DNA of 64,000 nucleotides from Eubacteriales bacterium (GTDB taxonomy: Bacteria; Bacillota; Clostridia; Oscillospirales; CAG-382). The notes under the pieces were generated by a model. It was not told the origin of the DNA and made no database searches. It saw nothing but the letters and a program-made list of their open reading frames with translations. The stretch spans positions 72,031 to 136,030 of the forward strand of contig JAZTXY010000086.1 in NCBI GenBank assembly GCA_045636665.1, read 5' to 3'. Below are positions 1 through 8,838 of the stretch, piece by piece. Made by a program: the position numbers and the translations under genes. The number at the start of each line of letters is the position of its first letter. Position 1 is the first letter of the stretch.

Positions 1-1
1 T

Positions 2-1624
2 GCGGAAAATGTTGACGAGGCACAAAGCGTTATCGATGCAATGAAGAGCGCAAATCTTAAGGATGCAACCGTCATTTCGAAGGACGCAAAGGCTCTTTTA
101 AGAGTTCGCTCGGCAATCACCACCGTTCGTACCGGCTTGATTGTTGATATCGACGGTACTCTTACCGAAAAGGCCGCAAACGACCTCCGTATTCAGATTC
201 GTAAAGCGCCTGCAACGTTTTGCGTAATCAGCTCCGAGGATGCATCCCACACCAACGTTGACGAGCTTCAGGAAATGGCAGTTGCGGTTTGGGTAGACGT
301 TGCGGCTAAATCCGATTCGGCTGATTATACTATCGAAGCATTGCGCGCGGTAACCTCGGGCGCAAACGGCATCATTACCGAATCCTCCGCAAAGCTTACC
401 GAGGTTATCAATACCTACCTCGAAGAAAACGCCTTCACAAAAACTCCTATTATGATCGGTCACCGCGGTAATCCCGGTGTAGCTCCCGAAAACACTCTTT
501 CGGGCTTTATCAAAGCATTTGAAAACGGCGCAGACGTATTTGAAATCGACGTTGAAGTTACCAAGGACGGCGAAGTTATCGTAATGCACGATAATACCAT
601 CAACCGTACCACCACCTATTCGGGCACAAAGACCATCGGCCAAATGACTCTCGAAGAGATTAAGGCTGAATTTATTCTCGGCAAAAACGGTCAGGCTACA
701 ACGGAAAAGGTTCCCACTCTTAAGGAGGTTCTTGACGAGTTCAAGGATAAGGATTGCAAGATTTTCGTTGAATTCAAGGGCGGCAACGCGCAAAACATTG
801 CCAAGACCTGCGCACTCATCAAGGAATACGATATGGTGCACAAGGTTGACGTTATCTCGTTCAACACCAGCTTCTTAACTCAAACCGTTTATCAAAATAA
901 CATCCCCGGTATGTCTACCGGTTATCTCCATTCGGTTTCCGGCGGTTCCGCTACTGCAGAGGATGCGCTTGAATCGCTCTTCCCCTCGCTCAAGACCGCG
1001 CAAACCTTCAAGAGCTCTATCAACCCTGCAAATAATATCATAACAAGCACCTTCCTCCAAGCGGCTACCGACCGCGGTATGACCGTTTGGCCCTGGACAT
1101 ATAACGTATCCTCCAATAACAAAGGCTTCCTTTCGGGCTGCGACGGCGTTACCACCGACGATATGCAGTGGGTAACCAATATGGTTAAATATCTTAAGGT
1201 TGCAGATAATACTCAGGTAGGCATTAACGGCACCGCTGAGCACGGCGTTGTTGCAGTTGCTTACGGCGATAAGGAAACCGCTATTGCAGGCGATAAGCTT
1301 ATCGTTAAGGTTCTTTCGGGCGACGATGTCGTTAAGATCGAAAACGGCACTATTACCGGTCTTAAGGAAGGCGTTGCAACCGTAATGTACGGCTACACCG
1401 CAAAGACCACAAACGGCAGTCCCTACGTTGTATATACTCAACCCGTTACCGTCACCGTGGGCAACGCTTCGAGCGAAGGCGAAGCTTCTGTTGAAGAATC
1501 CTCCACCGACGTTACCGTAGATGAAGAAGGCGGCAACACCGTGATTATCGTCATCTCCATCGTAGCGGCTGTTGCTGTTATCGGCGTAATCGTAGCGTTC
1601 GTTGCTAAAAAGAAAAAGAAATAA
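2..1624 (+). CDS. Glycerophosphodiester phosphodiesterase (GDPD) domain surface protein with Ig-like domain and C-terminal TM/Lys-rich anchor; 5' end probably outside the window
   Basis: The frame is open from nt 2, with no stop before the M at 41. GDPD motifs IGHRGNPGVAPENTLSGF and EIDVEVTKDGEVIVMHDNTINRTT. C-terminal hydrophobic helix followed by KKKKK. No signal peptide follows M41, which suggests an upstream start. Confidence 0.8.
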   Translation, partial: AENVDEAQSVIDAMKSANLKDATVISKDAKALLRVRSAITTVRTGLIVDIDGTLTEKAANDLRIQIRKAPATFCVISSEDASHTNVDELQEMAVAVWVDVAAKSDSADYTIEALRAVTSGANGIITESSAKLTEVINTYLEENAFTKTPIMIGHRGNPGVAPENTLSGFIKAFENGADVFEIDVEVTKDGEVIVMHDNTINRTTTYSGTKTIGQMTLEEIKAEFILGKNGQATTEKVPTLKEVLDEFKDKDCKIFVEFKGGNAQNIAKTCALIKEYDMVHKVDVISFNTSFLTQTVYQNNIPGMSTGYLHSVSGGSATAEDALESLFPSLKTAQTFKSSINPANNIITSTFLQAATDRGMTVWPWTYNVSSNNKGFLSGCDGVTTDDMQWVTNMVKYLKVADNTQVGINGTAEHGVVAVAYGDKETAIAGDKLIVKVLSGDDVVKIENGTITGLKEGVATVMYGYTAKTTNGSPYVVYTQPVTVTVGNASSEGEASVEESSTDVTVDEEGGNTVIIVISIVAAVAVIGVIVAFVAKKKKK

Positions 1625-1638
1625 TCGGAGAGATTATA

Positions 1639-2367
1639 ATGAAAAACTGTAAAAGCTGCGGAAGATCTCTTTCCGACGACGCATTGTTTTGCTCGGGTTG
1701 CGGAGGAAGCGATTTTGTTGTCGGCCAAGCCGAGGATGCTTCGCAGGACAGACAATTTAATTTTACACCTACCGAAATAAAGGGAAAGGTCAAGGCGTGG
1801 CAGATTATCGTTATCGCACTCGGCTGTATCGCATTGATTGCGGCGGGAATATTTGCCGTAAAGAACGTACTTTCGGCAAAGAGCTATACAAGCGGCGAAA
1901 TCGTTGAAAACGTCTATACAAACGATTGGGCAGAGCTCAAATACGTTATCGGCGACGATTTCAAGGACCTTACCGCCGAAGAAGGCGCGTATTATCAAGA
2001 TGACGATTACGAGGTCGGATTCTTTGCAATGCGTGAAAGCGACGGCGCAACGGTCACAGTTTCGTTCCAATATCTCGGCAATACGAGAGGATACAGCGAG
2101 CGAGAGGGAATGGACGATTATCTTTTGGGTTACGATGAAGAAATTAAAAACGAAGTCGGAATAACCCCCACCATCTCGCAGTATTTTGATTATTCTATTG
2201 CGGAAAACGATTATACAACCGCAAAAATAGAGGTTATAGGCGTAGGCGCAGAATACCACTGCATTCGCTTCCAAGGTGAATATGCCATTATAATTACGGC
2301 ATTCGCAACGTCCGAGGAAGATGTCCAAACGCTTCTCTCGAGCTTCGAACAGTACGAAGCCGAATAA
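1639..2367 (+). CDS. Zinc-ribbon membrane protein, function unknown
   Basis: GGAGAG RBS upstream of the ATG. N-terminal CxxC...CxxC (KSCGRSLSDDALFCSGCGG), one TM helix, then a ~150-aa C-terminal domain. Confidence 0.75.
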   Translation: MKNCKSCGRSLSDDALFCSGCGGSDFVVGQAEDASQDRQFNFTPTEIKGKVKAWQIIVIALGCIALIAAGIFAVKNVLSAKSYTSGEIVENVYTNDWAELKYVIGDDFKDLTAEEGAYYQDDDYEVGFFAMRESDGATVTVSFQYLGNTRGYSEREGMDDYLLGYDEEIKNEVGITPTISQYFDYSIAENDYTTAKIEVIGVGAEYHCIRFQGEYAIIITAFATSEEDVQTLLSSFEQYEAE

Positions 2368-2387
2368 TCGTTTAAGAGATAATAAAA

Positions 2388-2421
2388 AAGCAAGGCGGTT
2401 TAATACGCCTTGCTTTTTGTT
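2388..2421 (+). terminator. Rho-independent terminator after the zinc-ribbon gene
   Basis: Stem AAGCAAGGCG/CGCCTTGCTT followed by a T-run. Confidence 0.7.
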
Positions 2422-2432
2422 TTGTTACCATT

Positions 2433-2512
2433 GCCCTTCAAGTCCCCTCAAAACAAAACCAAAAAGCACCCATAAAGGGTGCTTTTCGCTTTTGGTGCAG
2501 CTGATGGGACTT
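2433..2512. repeat. 80-bp direct repeat, copy 1: orphan copy of the last 20 nt of tRNA-Leu plus its downstream terminator
   Basis: 79/80 identical to 2614-2693. Contains TGGTGCAGCTGATGGGACTT (reverse complement of the tRNA-Leu 3' end) and the hairpin AAAGCACCC-ATAAA-GGGTGCTTT. Confidence 0.9.
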
Positions 2513-2613
2513 TTTGTTCGCTATCGCAACTTGCCGTGCGGTTCCACCGCACTCACGTTGCTTCGCTCACAAACCTGTGGCGGTCGAAACAGTTCCCCGA
2601 ACTGTTTCTCTCC

Positions 2614-2693
2614 GCCCTTCAAGTCCCTTCAAAACAAAACCAAAAAGCACCCATAAAGGGTGCTTTTCGCTTTTGGTGCAGCTGATGGGACTT
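2614..2693. repeat. 80-bp direct repeat, copy 2: overlaps the genuine 3' end of tRNA-Leu and its terminator
   Basis: Same 80 bp as 2433-2512. Identity ends inside the T-arm of the tRNA (..GGGACTT). Confidence 0.9.
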
Positions 2694-2756
2694 GAACCCA
2701 TACGGTTGCCCACACGCCCCTCAAACGTGCGCGTCTGCCAGTTCCGCCACAGCTGC
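2674..2756 (-). tRNA. tRNA-Leu (anticodon GAG), CCA encoded
   Basis: The reverse complement reads GCAGCTG-TG-...-CACGT-TTGAGGG-GCGTG-long variable arm-GGGTTCAAGTCCC-CAGCTGC-A-CCA. 83 nt, class II long-arm tRNA. Confidence 0.9.
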
Positions 2757-2810
2757 ATATCTAATTGTTTGCGTTTGCTCTAAGAGGGATTTCCCAAACG
2801 CGCAAGAACT

Positions 2811-2838
2811 ATTATACACGAATATTTGTATTTGTCAA
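2811..2838 (-). promoter_or_regulatory. Sigma-A type promoter for tRNA-Leu
   Basis: The minus strand reads TTGACA-N16-TATAAT about 50 nt upstream of the tRNA 5' end. Confidence 0.6.
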
Positions 2839-2875
2839 TACCTTTTTTGCAAAAAACGAAAAAAATGTTATTGCG

Positions 2876-3085
2876 TCAAATTTCAAAAAATACTGTGTCG
2901 TCGTCAGGCAGTTTTTTCGGCATCGGCGACAATTTAAGGAGGTCAAATTTGAATTTTCTGCAGGTCGAGGTTTGCGCGACTGCGCCGTTGATTTTGCAAA
3001 TGCAGATATCCGATTCGCGGATAATTACCGCATTTTCGCAATACGCGCAGATTTGTTCAATATCATCGTTGCGTTTTTTCATCAA
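2876..3085 (-). CDS. Small Cys-rich protein (69 aa), function unknown
   Basis: AAAGGAG RBS 9 nt upstream of the ATG. Cys pattern CAYC...CIC...C. Lies downstream of and co-oriented with the ylbJ-like gene. Confidence 0.6.
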   Translation of the reverse strand: MMKKRNDDIEQICAYCENAVIIRESDICICKINGAVAQTSTCRKFKFDLLKLSPMPKKLPDDDTVFFEI

Positions 3086-3138
3086 TTTTCGCTCCTTTCG
3101 GCTATTTTATATTAATATAACCCAAAAACTTCTTTTTG

Positions 3139-4014
3139 TCAACCGAAAATAAGTGCCAATAAGGTCATCACCGCGCAAGAGATTGTTTTTCCGAGCAAAT
3201 AAGGCTTTATCGAAAGCTTGCCCGACAAAACGTTTTTCACCTGCATCGCTACCGATGCTCCGCAATGCCCCAATGCGAATGCGGTTACGGGTATAGCGAA
3301 GCTGTCAAGCGTTGCTGCCTCGGCACAGCCCGAGGAAAATTCAAGCAGCGATTTGAAAATGGCAAAGGCGCTTTTTGAAAGTTTTATCGCGTGTGAAAGC
3401 GCATCGCTTACGACGATAAAAAACAACGCGCTCGACGCGATATTTATCATTGTCATTGCGCTGTCGGTAATCGCTTCCGAAAGCGTTGCTTTTCTTGTAA
3501 GCGTTGCGCAGGCATTCGGTAATTTTTCTTTGCCATAGATGATTTTTTTCATTACCGTTGCGGTTACGACCGACGAAATAAGCTGATAAACAAGCAACCT
3601 CGCACCGATAAAAACGTCGCCGAAAAGCTCGTTGCCCACGAACCCCAAAACGAACGAGGTGCTCGCGTTGTTCGTAAACGAGCAAAGAAATTCGGCGAAT
3701 CTTTTGTCTATCTGTCGGTTTTCGTAAAGAGAAAGCGAAATTTTCGCGCCTATCGGGCATCCGCAAAGCGTACCGATGATAAGAGTTATCGGCACAAGCC
3801 CTATTTTTATCGAAAGCCTTTGAACCAAGGCGGTTGAAATTACGGTTTTTGCAAGGACTGCATAGATAAAAAGCGAGGGGATGAGCGTTTTCGCGCAGAA
3901 GCCGAGCGCAAAGCGTGTCGGCTCGGATGCATATTGCGGAAAAGCAAGTAAATAGATGAACAGACCGATAAAAACGCAGTCCGAAATATGGGATAATATA
4001 TTTTTCGGTTTCAT
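3139..4014 (-). CDS. Polytopic membrane protein, YlbJ-like sporulation integral membrane / nucleoside-recognition (Gate) family
   Basis: Multi-TM protein. I chose the internal ATG at 4014, which has a GGAGTG RBS, over the track start at 4149, which would overlap yqfC. FTNNASTSFVLGFVG resembles the YlbJ family. Shorter than B. subtilis YlbJ. Confidence 0.55.
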   Translation of the reverse strand: MKPKNILSHISDCVFIGLFIYLLAFPQYASEPTRFALGFCAKTLIPSLFIYAVLAKTVISTALVQRLSIKIGLVPITLIIGTLCGCPIGAKISLSLYENRQIDKRFAEFLCSFTNNASTSFVLGFVGNELFGDVFIGARLLVYQLISSVVTATVMKKIIYGKEKLPNACATLTRKATLSEAITDSAMTMINIASSALFFIVVSDALSHAIKLSKSAFAIFKSLLEFSSGCAEAATLDSFAIPVTAFALGHCGASVAMQVKNVLSGKLSIKPYLLGKTISCAVMTLLALIFG

Positions 4015-4057
4015 AAAATCACTCCAAGACGAGTATATTGAAGCGGTGAGAGTTTTT

Positions 4058-4294
4058 ATGAAATGGTTGCTTGATTTATTCAAAACGGCAACGCCGATAT
4101 TTGTTGAGATAAGAGGCAGGGAAACGGTGCTGGCAGAGGGATATTGCAAAATAGTGCTTTATTCCCCCACTCAAATAGTCCTTGCCAATGCCGACTATTC
4201 AATATCGGTCGGCGGAAGCGAGCTTGAGCTTCGGCATTTAAGCGAATCGGCAATAGCGATCGACGGGAGGATAGATAGGGTTGAATTTATATAG
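4058..4294 (+). CDS. yqfC: YabP/YqfC-family sporulation protein
   Basis: EIRGRETVLAEGYCKIVLYSPTQIVL...LELRHLSESAIAIDGRIDRVEF is typical of YqfC. Overlaps yqfD by 14 nt. I chose the ATG at 4058 instead of the track start at 3956. Confidence 0.75.
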   Translation: MKWLLDLFKTATPIFVEIRGRETVLAEGYCKIVLYSPTQIVLANADYSISVGGSELELRHLSESAIAIDGRIDRVEFI

Positions 4295-5504
4295 ACCTTT
4301 GCATTACGTCTTCGGTGAATATGTTTTTTCGGCAGATTCACGCTCCTTTCCGCGTTTGACAACTTTGATGCAAAAAAACGGATTTAATTTTTGGGGCACC
4401 CGTTATGAGGACGAAAGAATTTCCTTTTGCGTTACCCTGCAATCGGCAGAGCGTGTCGTGAATCTCGCAAGGGAAGCGTCGATTCCGATTGAACTGTCTG
4501 CGAAAAGGGGGATTCCCTTTATCTTTTCGCGATACCGCAGAAGATACGGAATGCTTTTGGGGCTTATCATTGGGCTGTTTTTAATGTTTTGGTCACAGCT
4601 TTTCGTTTGGAAGGTGACTGTAAGCGGAAACAGCGAAATAAAAATTGCCGAAATCGAGCAGGCGCTTAGTGAATGCGGAATCTCCGTCGGGAGCTTTATT
4701 CCCAACATCGATACCTTGGGGGATGCAAACCGATTGTTAATGTCCTGCCGCGGTCTTTCGTCTGCCGCGGTGAGTATAAACGGCACTCACGTGCATATTT
4801 CGGTGCTTGAACGAAAAAACGTGCCCGATATCGTCAACGCTAACGGATTTTTCAACGTAGTCGCATCGGCTGACGGAGTGATTCTCGACGTAAATGCGGC
4901 AAACGGCACACCCGAGGTGCGCGAGGGAGAGGTCGTTTATGAGGGAGAGCTTTTAATCAACTCTTTTATAACGGGTAAAAACGGAAGCTGTCGCCCAACT
5001 CACGCGCGCGGTACAGTCTTCGCCGCCGTAAGCAAGACCTTTAATATTGAAATACCGCTTTCCCGTGTGACGAAGAATTTTACGGGCAACCGCCAAACAC
5101 GTTACGTTTATACGATTTTGGGGAAGGAAATCCCGACTTTTTCGCAGGGGCAAAGCGATTACGAATATTTCGATGCAACGGTTAGCGAACGAACGGTCAA
5201 GCTTTTCGGATTTATCGAGCTTCCGATAAAGGAAAAACGTATTACTTACAGCGAGTACGTTCCGATACCGCGCGAAATCGATGAAGTCAAAGCCGAGGAA
5301 TACGCGTGTGATGAGCTTGATGCTTTTATCGCCGAAGCCGACCTCGAGCTGCTTTCCTGCGAAACCTTTTTTGCCGCAGACAAGGAAAAAGGCGTTTGCA
5401 AGCTGGTTGCAAACGCCGTATTCAAGCAGGATATTGCCAAAGAGGTTCCTTTTGAAATATTAAATTACAATATTTCCGAAAGGTTTGAAAGCGATCTTGA
5501 ATAA
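4281..5504 (+). CDS. yqfD: Sporulation protein YqfD
   Basis: TTG start with a GGGAGGA RBS 9 nt upstream. ~400 aa with a central TM helix (LLGLIIGLFLMFWSQLFVW). Conserved yqfC-yqfD gene order. Confidence 0.8.
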   Translation: MNLYRPLHYVFGEYVFSADSRSFPRLTTLMQKNGFNFWGTRYEDERISFCVTLQSAERVVNLAREASIPIELSAKRGIPFIFSRYRRRYGMLLGLIIGLFLMFWSQLFVWKVTVSGNSEIKIAEIEQALSECGISVGSFIPNIDTLGDANRLLMSCRGLSSAAVSINGTHVHISVLERKNVPDIVNANGFFNVVASADGVILDVNAANGTPEVREGEVVYEGELLINSFITGKNGSCRPTHARGTVFAAVSKTFNIEIPLSRVTKNFTGNRQTRYVYTILGKEIPTFSQGQSDYEYFDATVSERTVKLFGFIELPIKEKRITYSEYVPIPREIDEVKAEEYACDELDAFIAEADLELLSCETFFAADKEKGVCKLVANAVFKQDIAKEVPFEILNYNISERFESDLE

Positions 5505-6844
5505 ATTTCCATACCGCTGAAAAATTCCTTGACCGAAATATATTCGTCGCGTTGGTGCGCGCCTCCGCGCTCGTCACCGAGATACTTTCTTTCGCTTTCC
5601 ACACCCGAGCCGAAAGCAACGGTGTTGGGAAGCCAACGTGCATAAGTGCCGCCGCCCATCGTATAGGGCTTGCATTCGATTCCGAGCACGCTTTCACAAG
5701 CATCGGTGAGCGCTTTGATCTTCTTATCGTCTGCGGAAACAAAGTATCCGTCGGATTGGCTACCGATTCTGACCTTTCCGCCGAAGGGCTTAACTGCGTT
5801 TTCAATCGACGAAACGATTTCTGCGTAAGGTGTTTCGGGGAGATAACGGATGTTGTAGTGCATAACGGTTTTTTCGCTGTCGCCGTTTATCACACCGCCG
5901 ACGCAGGTGAGATAACCGAACGCTTCGTTTTCTGCCGCGATACCAAGCGTTTCGCCCTTGTATTCCGCGGTGGAATCGGCAATAAGACCGAACATTCCGT
6001 TTTTATCGCAAAGCTTGTTTTCGATAAGATAATTTACAAGCATATTGATTGCGCTGACACCCAATTCGGGTCTTGCCGCGTGACTCGCTTTGCCGGTTGC
6101 GGTTATCTTAACGCCGTTATCAAGCTTTTCAATAGCAATACCGTCGTTGCATTCAAGCGCTTTATCGGTTTCAACGATTGCATAAGCCGAGCCTGCAACC
6201 GCATTGGTAACGGTGCCGCCGCAAATAGTCTTAAAGCCATCGGGAACAGCGGGAAGGTCGACCTCTACCGAAAGGATGCCCTTTTCTCCGATACAAACGG
6301 GGAAGTCCGAATCGGGCGTAAAGGAAAACATCGGGGGCTTGCGAACGGTTACGAAATATTCAAGGTCACTGCTTCCGACCTCCTCATCGCTGCCGAGAAT
6401 AAGGCGAACGGCAAAGGGAAGCTTAACGTTATTTTCCTTGAAGAAGCGCAGGGTGTAAAGCGATTGAATGAACGGGCCCTTATCGTCGTGAGTGCCTCTG
6501 CCCATAAGAAGACCGTCTTTTTCGGTAAGCGCATAGGACGGAACGCTCCAACCGTCACCTGCAGGGACAACGTCAAGGTGACAAACGATTCCGATTTCCT
6601 GTTCACCCTCGCCGAAAAGAACGCTCATACAGTGATATTCGTGGTTTTCAACCTTAAAGCCGTATTTTTTAGCCAATTTTTCGGCAACGTCAAGCGCCTG
6701 CGCGCAGGTTTTGCCGTAAGGATAATCGCCTTCGCGCTCGCCTGCGACCGAGGGGATGCTTATAATTTCGGCAAGGTCGTCGATTGCTTGCTTGCGGATC
6801 TCTTCGTTTTCAAAATAATTCTTTATTGCTTCGTTGATATTCAT
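5465..6844 (-). CDS. pepV: M20-family dipeptidase PepV
   Basis: AGGAG RBS. HLDVVPAGDGW, GRGTHDDKGP and SDEEVGS metal-binding motifs. 459 aa. Confidence 0.85.
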   Translation of the reverse strand: MNINEAIKNYFENEEIRKQAIDDLAEIISIPSVAGEREGDYPYGKTCAQALDVAEKLAKKYGFKVENHEYHCMSVLFGEGEQEIGIVCHLDVVPAGDGWSVPSYALTEKDGLLMGRGTHDDKGPFIQSLYTLRFFKENNVKLPFAVRLILGSDEEVGSSDLEYFVTVRKPPMFSFTPDSDFPVCIGEKGILSVEVDLPAVPDGFKTICGGTVTNAVAGSAYAIVETDKALECNDGIAIEKLDNGVKITATGKASHAARPELGVSAINMLVNYLIENKLCDKNGMFGLIADSTAEYKGETLGIAAENEAFGYLTCVGGVINGDSEKTVMHYNIRYLPETPYAEIVSSIENAVKPFGGKVRIGSQSDGYFVSADDKKIKALTDACESVLGIECKPYTMGGGTYARWLPNTVAFGSGVESERKYLGDERGGAHQRDEYISVKEFFSGMEIYSRSLSNLSEIL

Positions 6845-6850
6845 AATTAA

Positions 6851-7438
6851 TTACTCCTGTCCTCCGATTCCGTCACGCAGGCGGTTAAGCGCCACCGTAA
6901 AACGGTTTTCGGTTTCTATCATCGATTTGCTCATTTCGTTTTGATATGCTCTGTATTCCTCTGCCGCAGCGATAACCGATTCACACTTTTTGCGTGTTTC
7001 TTCAACAAGACGGTTAGCATCCTCTTCCGCGCGTGAGCGAATGGCTTTGGCTTCGCTTTCTCCGCCCTTGCGAGCATCGGTAAGAATAAGGTTTGCCTCT
7101 TTTTCGGCGTTTTTAATTATTTCAGCGGCGCGTTTATCGGCAATAACCATTTTTTCGCCCACCTCGGCGCAAAGGGTATCGTATTCTCTTTGAATCTTGG
7201 CGATGTCGTTTCGATATTCCTTTTCGCGCTCCTCGTTGAGGGTATATATTTGGTTCAATTCATCGCGCAGACGCGCAATTTCCGATTCACCTGCGCGAAT
7301 ACGGTCATTAAGCTCTTTTTCGTTTTCACCGTATTTATCGCTCATTTCGATAATAAATTCATCTACTTGTGCGGTGTCGTATCCCTTGAATACTCTTTTA
7401 AAAACAGTTTCTGCCAAAATCGTCACCGTTCCTTTCAT
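6851..7438 (-). CDS. DivIVA domain-containing protein
   Basis: N-terminal FKRVFKGYDTAQVDEFI followed by a coiled-coil-rich sequence. The exact start is uncertain, since there is no clear RBS at 7438. Confidence 0.75.
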   Translation of the reverse strand: MKGTVTILAETVFKRVFKGYDTAQVDEFIIEMSDKYGENEKELNDRIRAGESEIARLRDELNQIYTLNEEREKEYRNDIAKIQREYDTLCAEVGEKMVIADKRAAEIIKNAEKEANLILTDARKGGESEAKAIRSRAEEDANRLVEETRKKCESVIAAAEEYRAYQNEMSKSMIETENRFTVALNRLRDGIGGQE

Positions 7439-7491
7439 ATATAAACATATACGTTATCAATATATCACAGTACATAAAAAATGTCAACACG

Positions 7492-8775
7492 TTGAAACGG
7501 GGTGTATTGTTGTTAAGTGCATTAAAGGAAGCGGTTTGGGGCATTCCGACACTTGTAATCCTTGCGTTTTTTTCGTTGTATTTCACCAAAAGGATTGCTT
7601 TTTACCGATTGCGCTCGCTTAAGGGCATACTGCGTGACACTGTATTTTCCTTGGGAAAGGGGAAGCATTCGGGCATTTCGCCGTTTGCGGCTGTTGCAAC
7701 GGCGCTTGGCGGCACCGTCGGCGTCGGAAGCATTGTCGGCGTCGGCTATGCAATCTCGGTCGGCGGCGCAGGCAGTATATTTTGGATGTGGGTATGCTCG
7801 TTTTTCGGAATGGGGCTTAAATATGCCGAGGTTTTCGTTGCGTTAAACGGCAGAAACTTAAAGAGCAAAGCGGTTTTCGGCGGCGCGCCGTACAGATTGC
7901 GCGAAATGGGATATCACAAGCTCGCAACCGTTTTTTGTATCCTTTGCATTGCCGCCTCCTTCGGTACGGGCAACCTTACTCAGGTTGGTGCGATAAGCGG
8001 TTTTTTGTCCGATATGGGCGCCTCCGCAATTTTCCGTACGGGCTTGTGCGTTTTTATCATCGCGGCAGCCGTATTTGGAGGGAAAAAGCGTATTGCGGGT
8101 ATAAACGCGGTAATAATTCCTCTTTCCTGCGCAATTTATATTATCGCTTGTATTGTAATACTCGTAATCAATTCCGCCTCGATAATTCCGTCGCTTGCGC
8201 TTATACTGCGGTCTGCGTTCGGCGTGTCTGCAATCGGAGGCGGTGTTTCGGGTGCAATGCTCACCCACGTTATCCGCGAGGGCTTTGCAAGAAGTCTGTT
8301 TTCAAACGAGGCAGGCATGGGCTCGTCGCCGCTTGCCCACGCGACAAGCTCGTTCGGTTTACCGCAAAGCCAAGCGAAATGGGGCATTTTTGAAATATTC
8401 TTCGACACCTTCATCGTTTCGACGCTTACCGCGCTTTGTCTGCTTTCAAGCGGCAACGAATCGCCTGATGATATGTTTTTCTCGGCTTTCGGAAACGTAG
8501 GGGGGTATGCTTTCGGCGCACTTGCGGCGGTGCTTGCATTTGCCTCGGTAATAAGCTGGTGCTATTACGCGGAATGCTGTATTTCGTTTATGCTCCCCGA
8601 TTCAAAATGGGCGTTTTTTATTTATCGCGCCGCCTTTTCGCTTGCGGCGGCTTTGGGCGTTTTTATGTCCGACGGCGCAATTTGGGATATTGCCGATATA
8701 TTAAACCCGCTTATGCTAATACCCAACCTGTTTTTACTGTTTAAATGCCGAAAAGAAATCGAAAGGATGGAATGA
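7492..8775 (+). CDS. Sodium:alanine symporter (AGCS) family transporter
   Basis: Polytopic protein. FWMWVCSFFGMGLKYAEV and SNEAGMGSSPLAHA motifs. The TTG start is uncertain. Confidence 0.8.
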   Translation: MKRGVLLLSALKEAVWGIPTLVILAFFSLYFTKRIAFYRLRSLKGILRDTVFSLGKGKHSGISPFAAVATALGGTVGVGSIVGVGYAISVGGAGSIFWMWVCSFFGMGLKYAEVFVALNGRNLKSKAVFGGAPYRLREMGYHKLATVFCILCIAASFGTGNLTQVGAISGFLSDMGASAIFRTGLCVFIIAAAVFGGKKRIAGINAVIIPLSCAIYIIACIVILVINSASIIPSLALILRSAFGVSAIGGGVSGAMLTHVIREGFARSLFSNEAGMGSSPLAHATSSFGLPQSQAKWGIFEIFFDTFIVSTLTALCLLSSGNESPDDMFFSAFGNVGGYAFGALAAVLAFASVISWCYYAECCISFMLPDSKWAFFIYRAAFSLAAALGVFMSDGAIWDIADILNPLMLIPNLFLLFKCRKEIERME

Positions 8776-8838
8776 CTTATCTGGTATCACGAAAACCTGA
8801 AGGAGCTATACGCCGAATTTGCATCGTGCGGAGAGGGC

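Noticed and set aside
2433-2756. An integrated prophage or genomic island at tRNA-Leu
   Set aside because: Only 101 bp separates the duplicated tRNA 3' ends, and there is no integrase or cargo. I kept it as a scar or mini-element finding only.
2321-3152. Several 60-116-aa ORFs across the tRNA-Leu, terminator and repeat region
   Set aside because: They run through a tRNA gene, terminator hairpins and a promoter. They have no RBS and implausible sequences.
3956-4149. Long N-terminal extensions of yqfC (track start 3956) and the ylbJ-like gene (track start 4149) that overlap each other
   Set aside because: Internal starts at 4058 and 4014 have proper RBSs, give family-typical lengths and remove the 190-nt divergent overlap.
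5552-6850. 432-aa plus-strand ORF
   Set aside because: It is codon-aligned antisense to pepV, whose M20 motifs are unambiguous.
8773-8775. TGA read-through fusing the alanine symporter to the P-type ATPase, since both are in the same frame
   Set aside because: The two proteins belong to unrelated complete families with normal termini. An out-of-frame ATG with an RBS at 8772 gives a simpler indel or alternative-start explanation.
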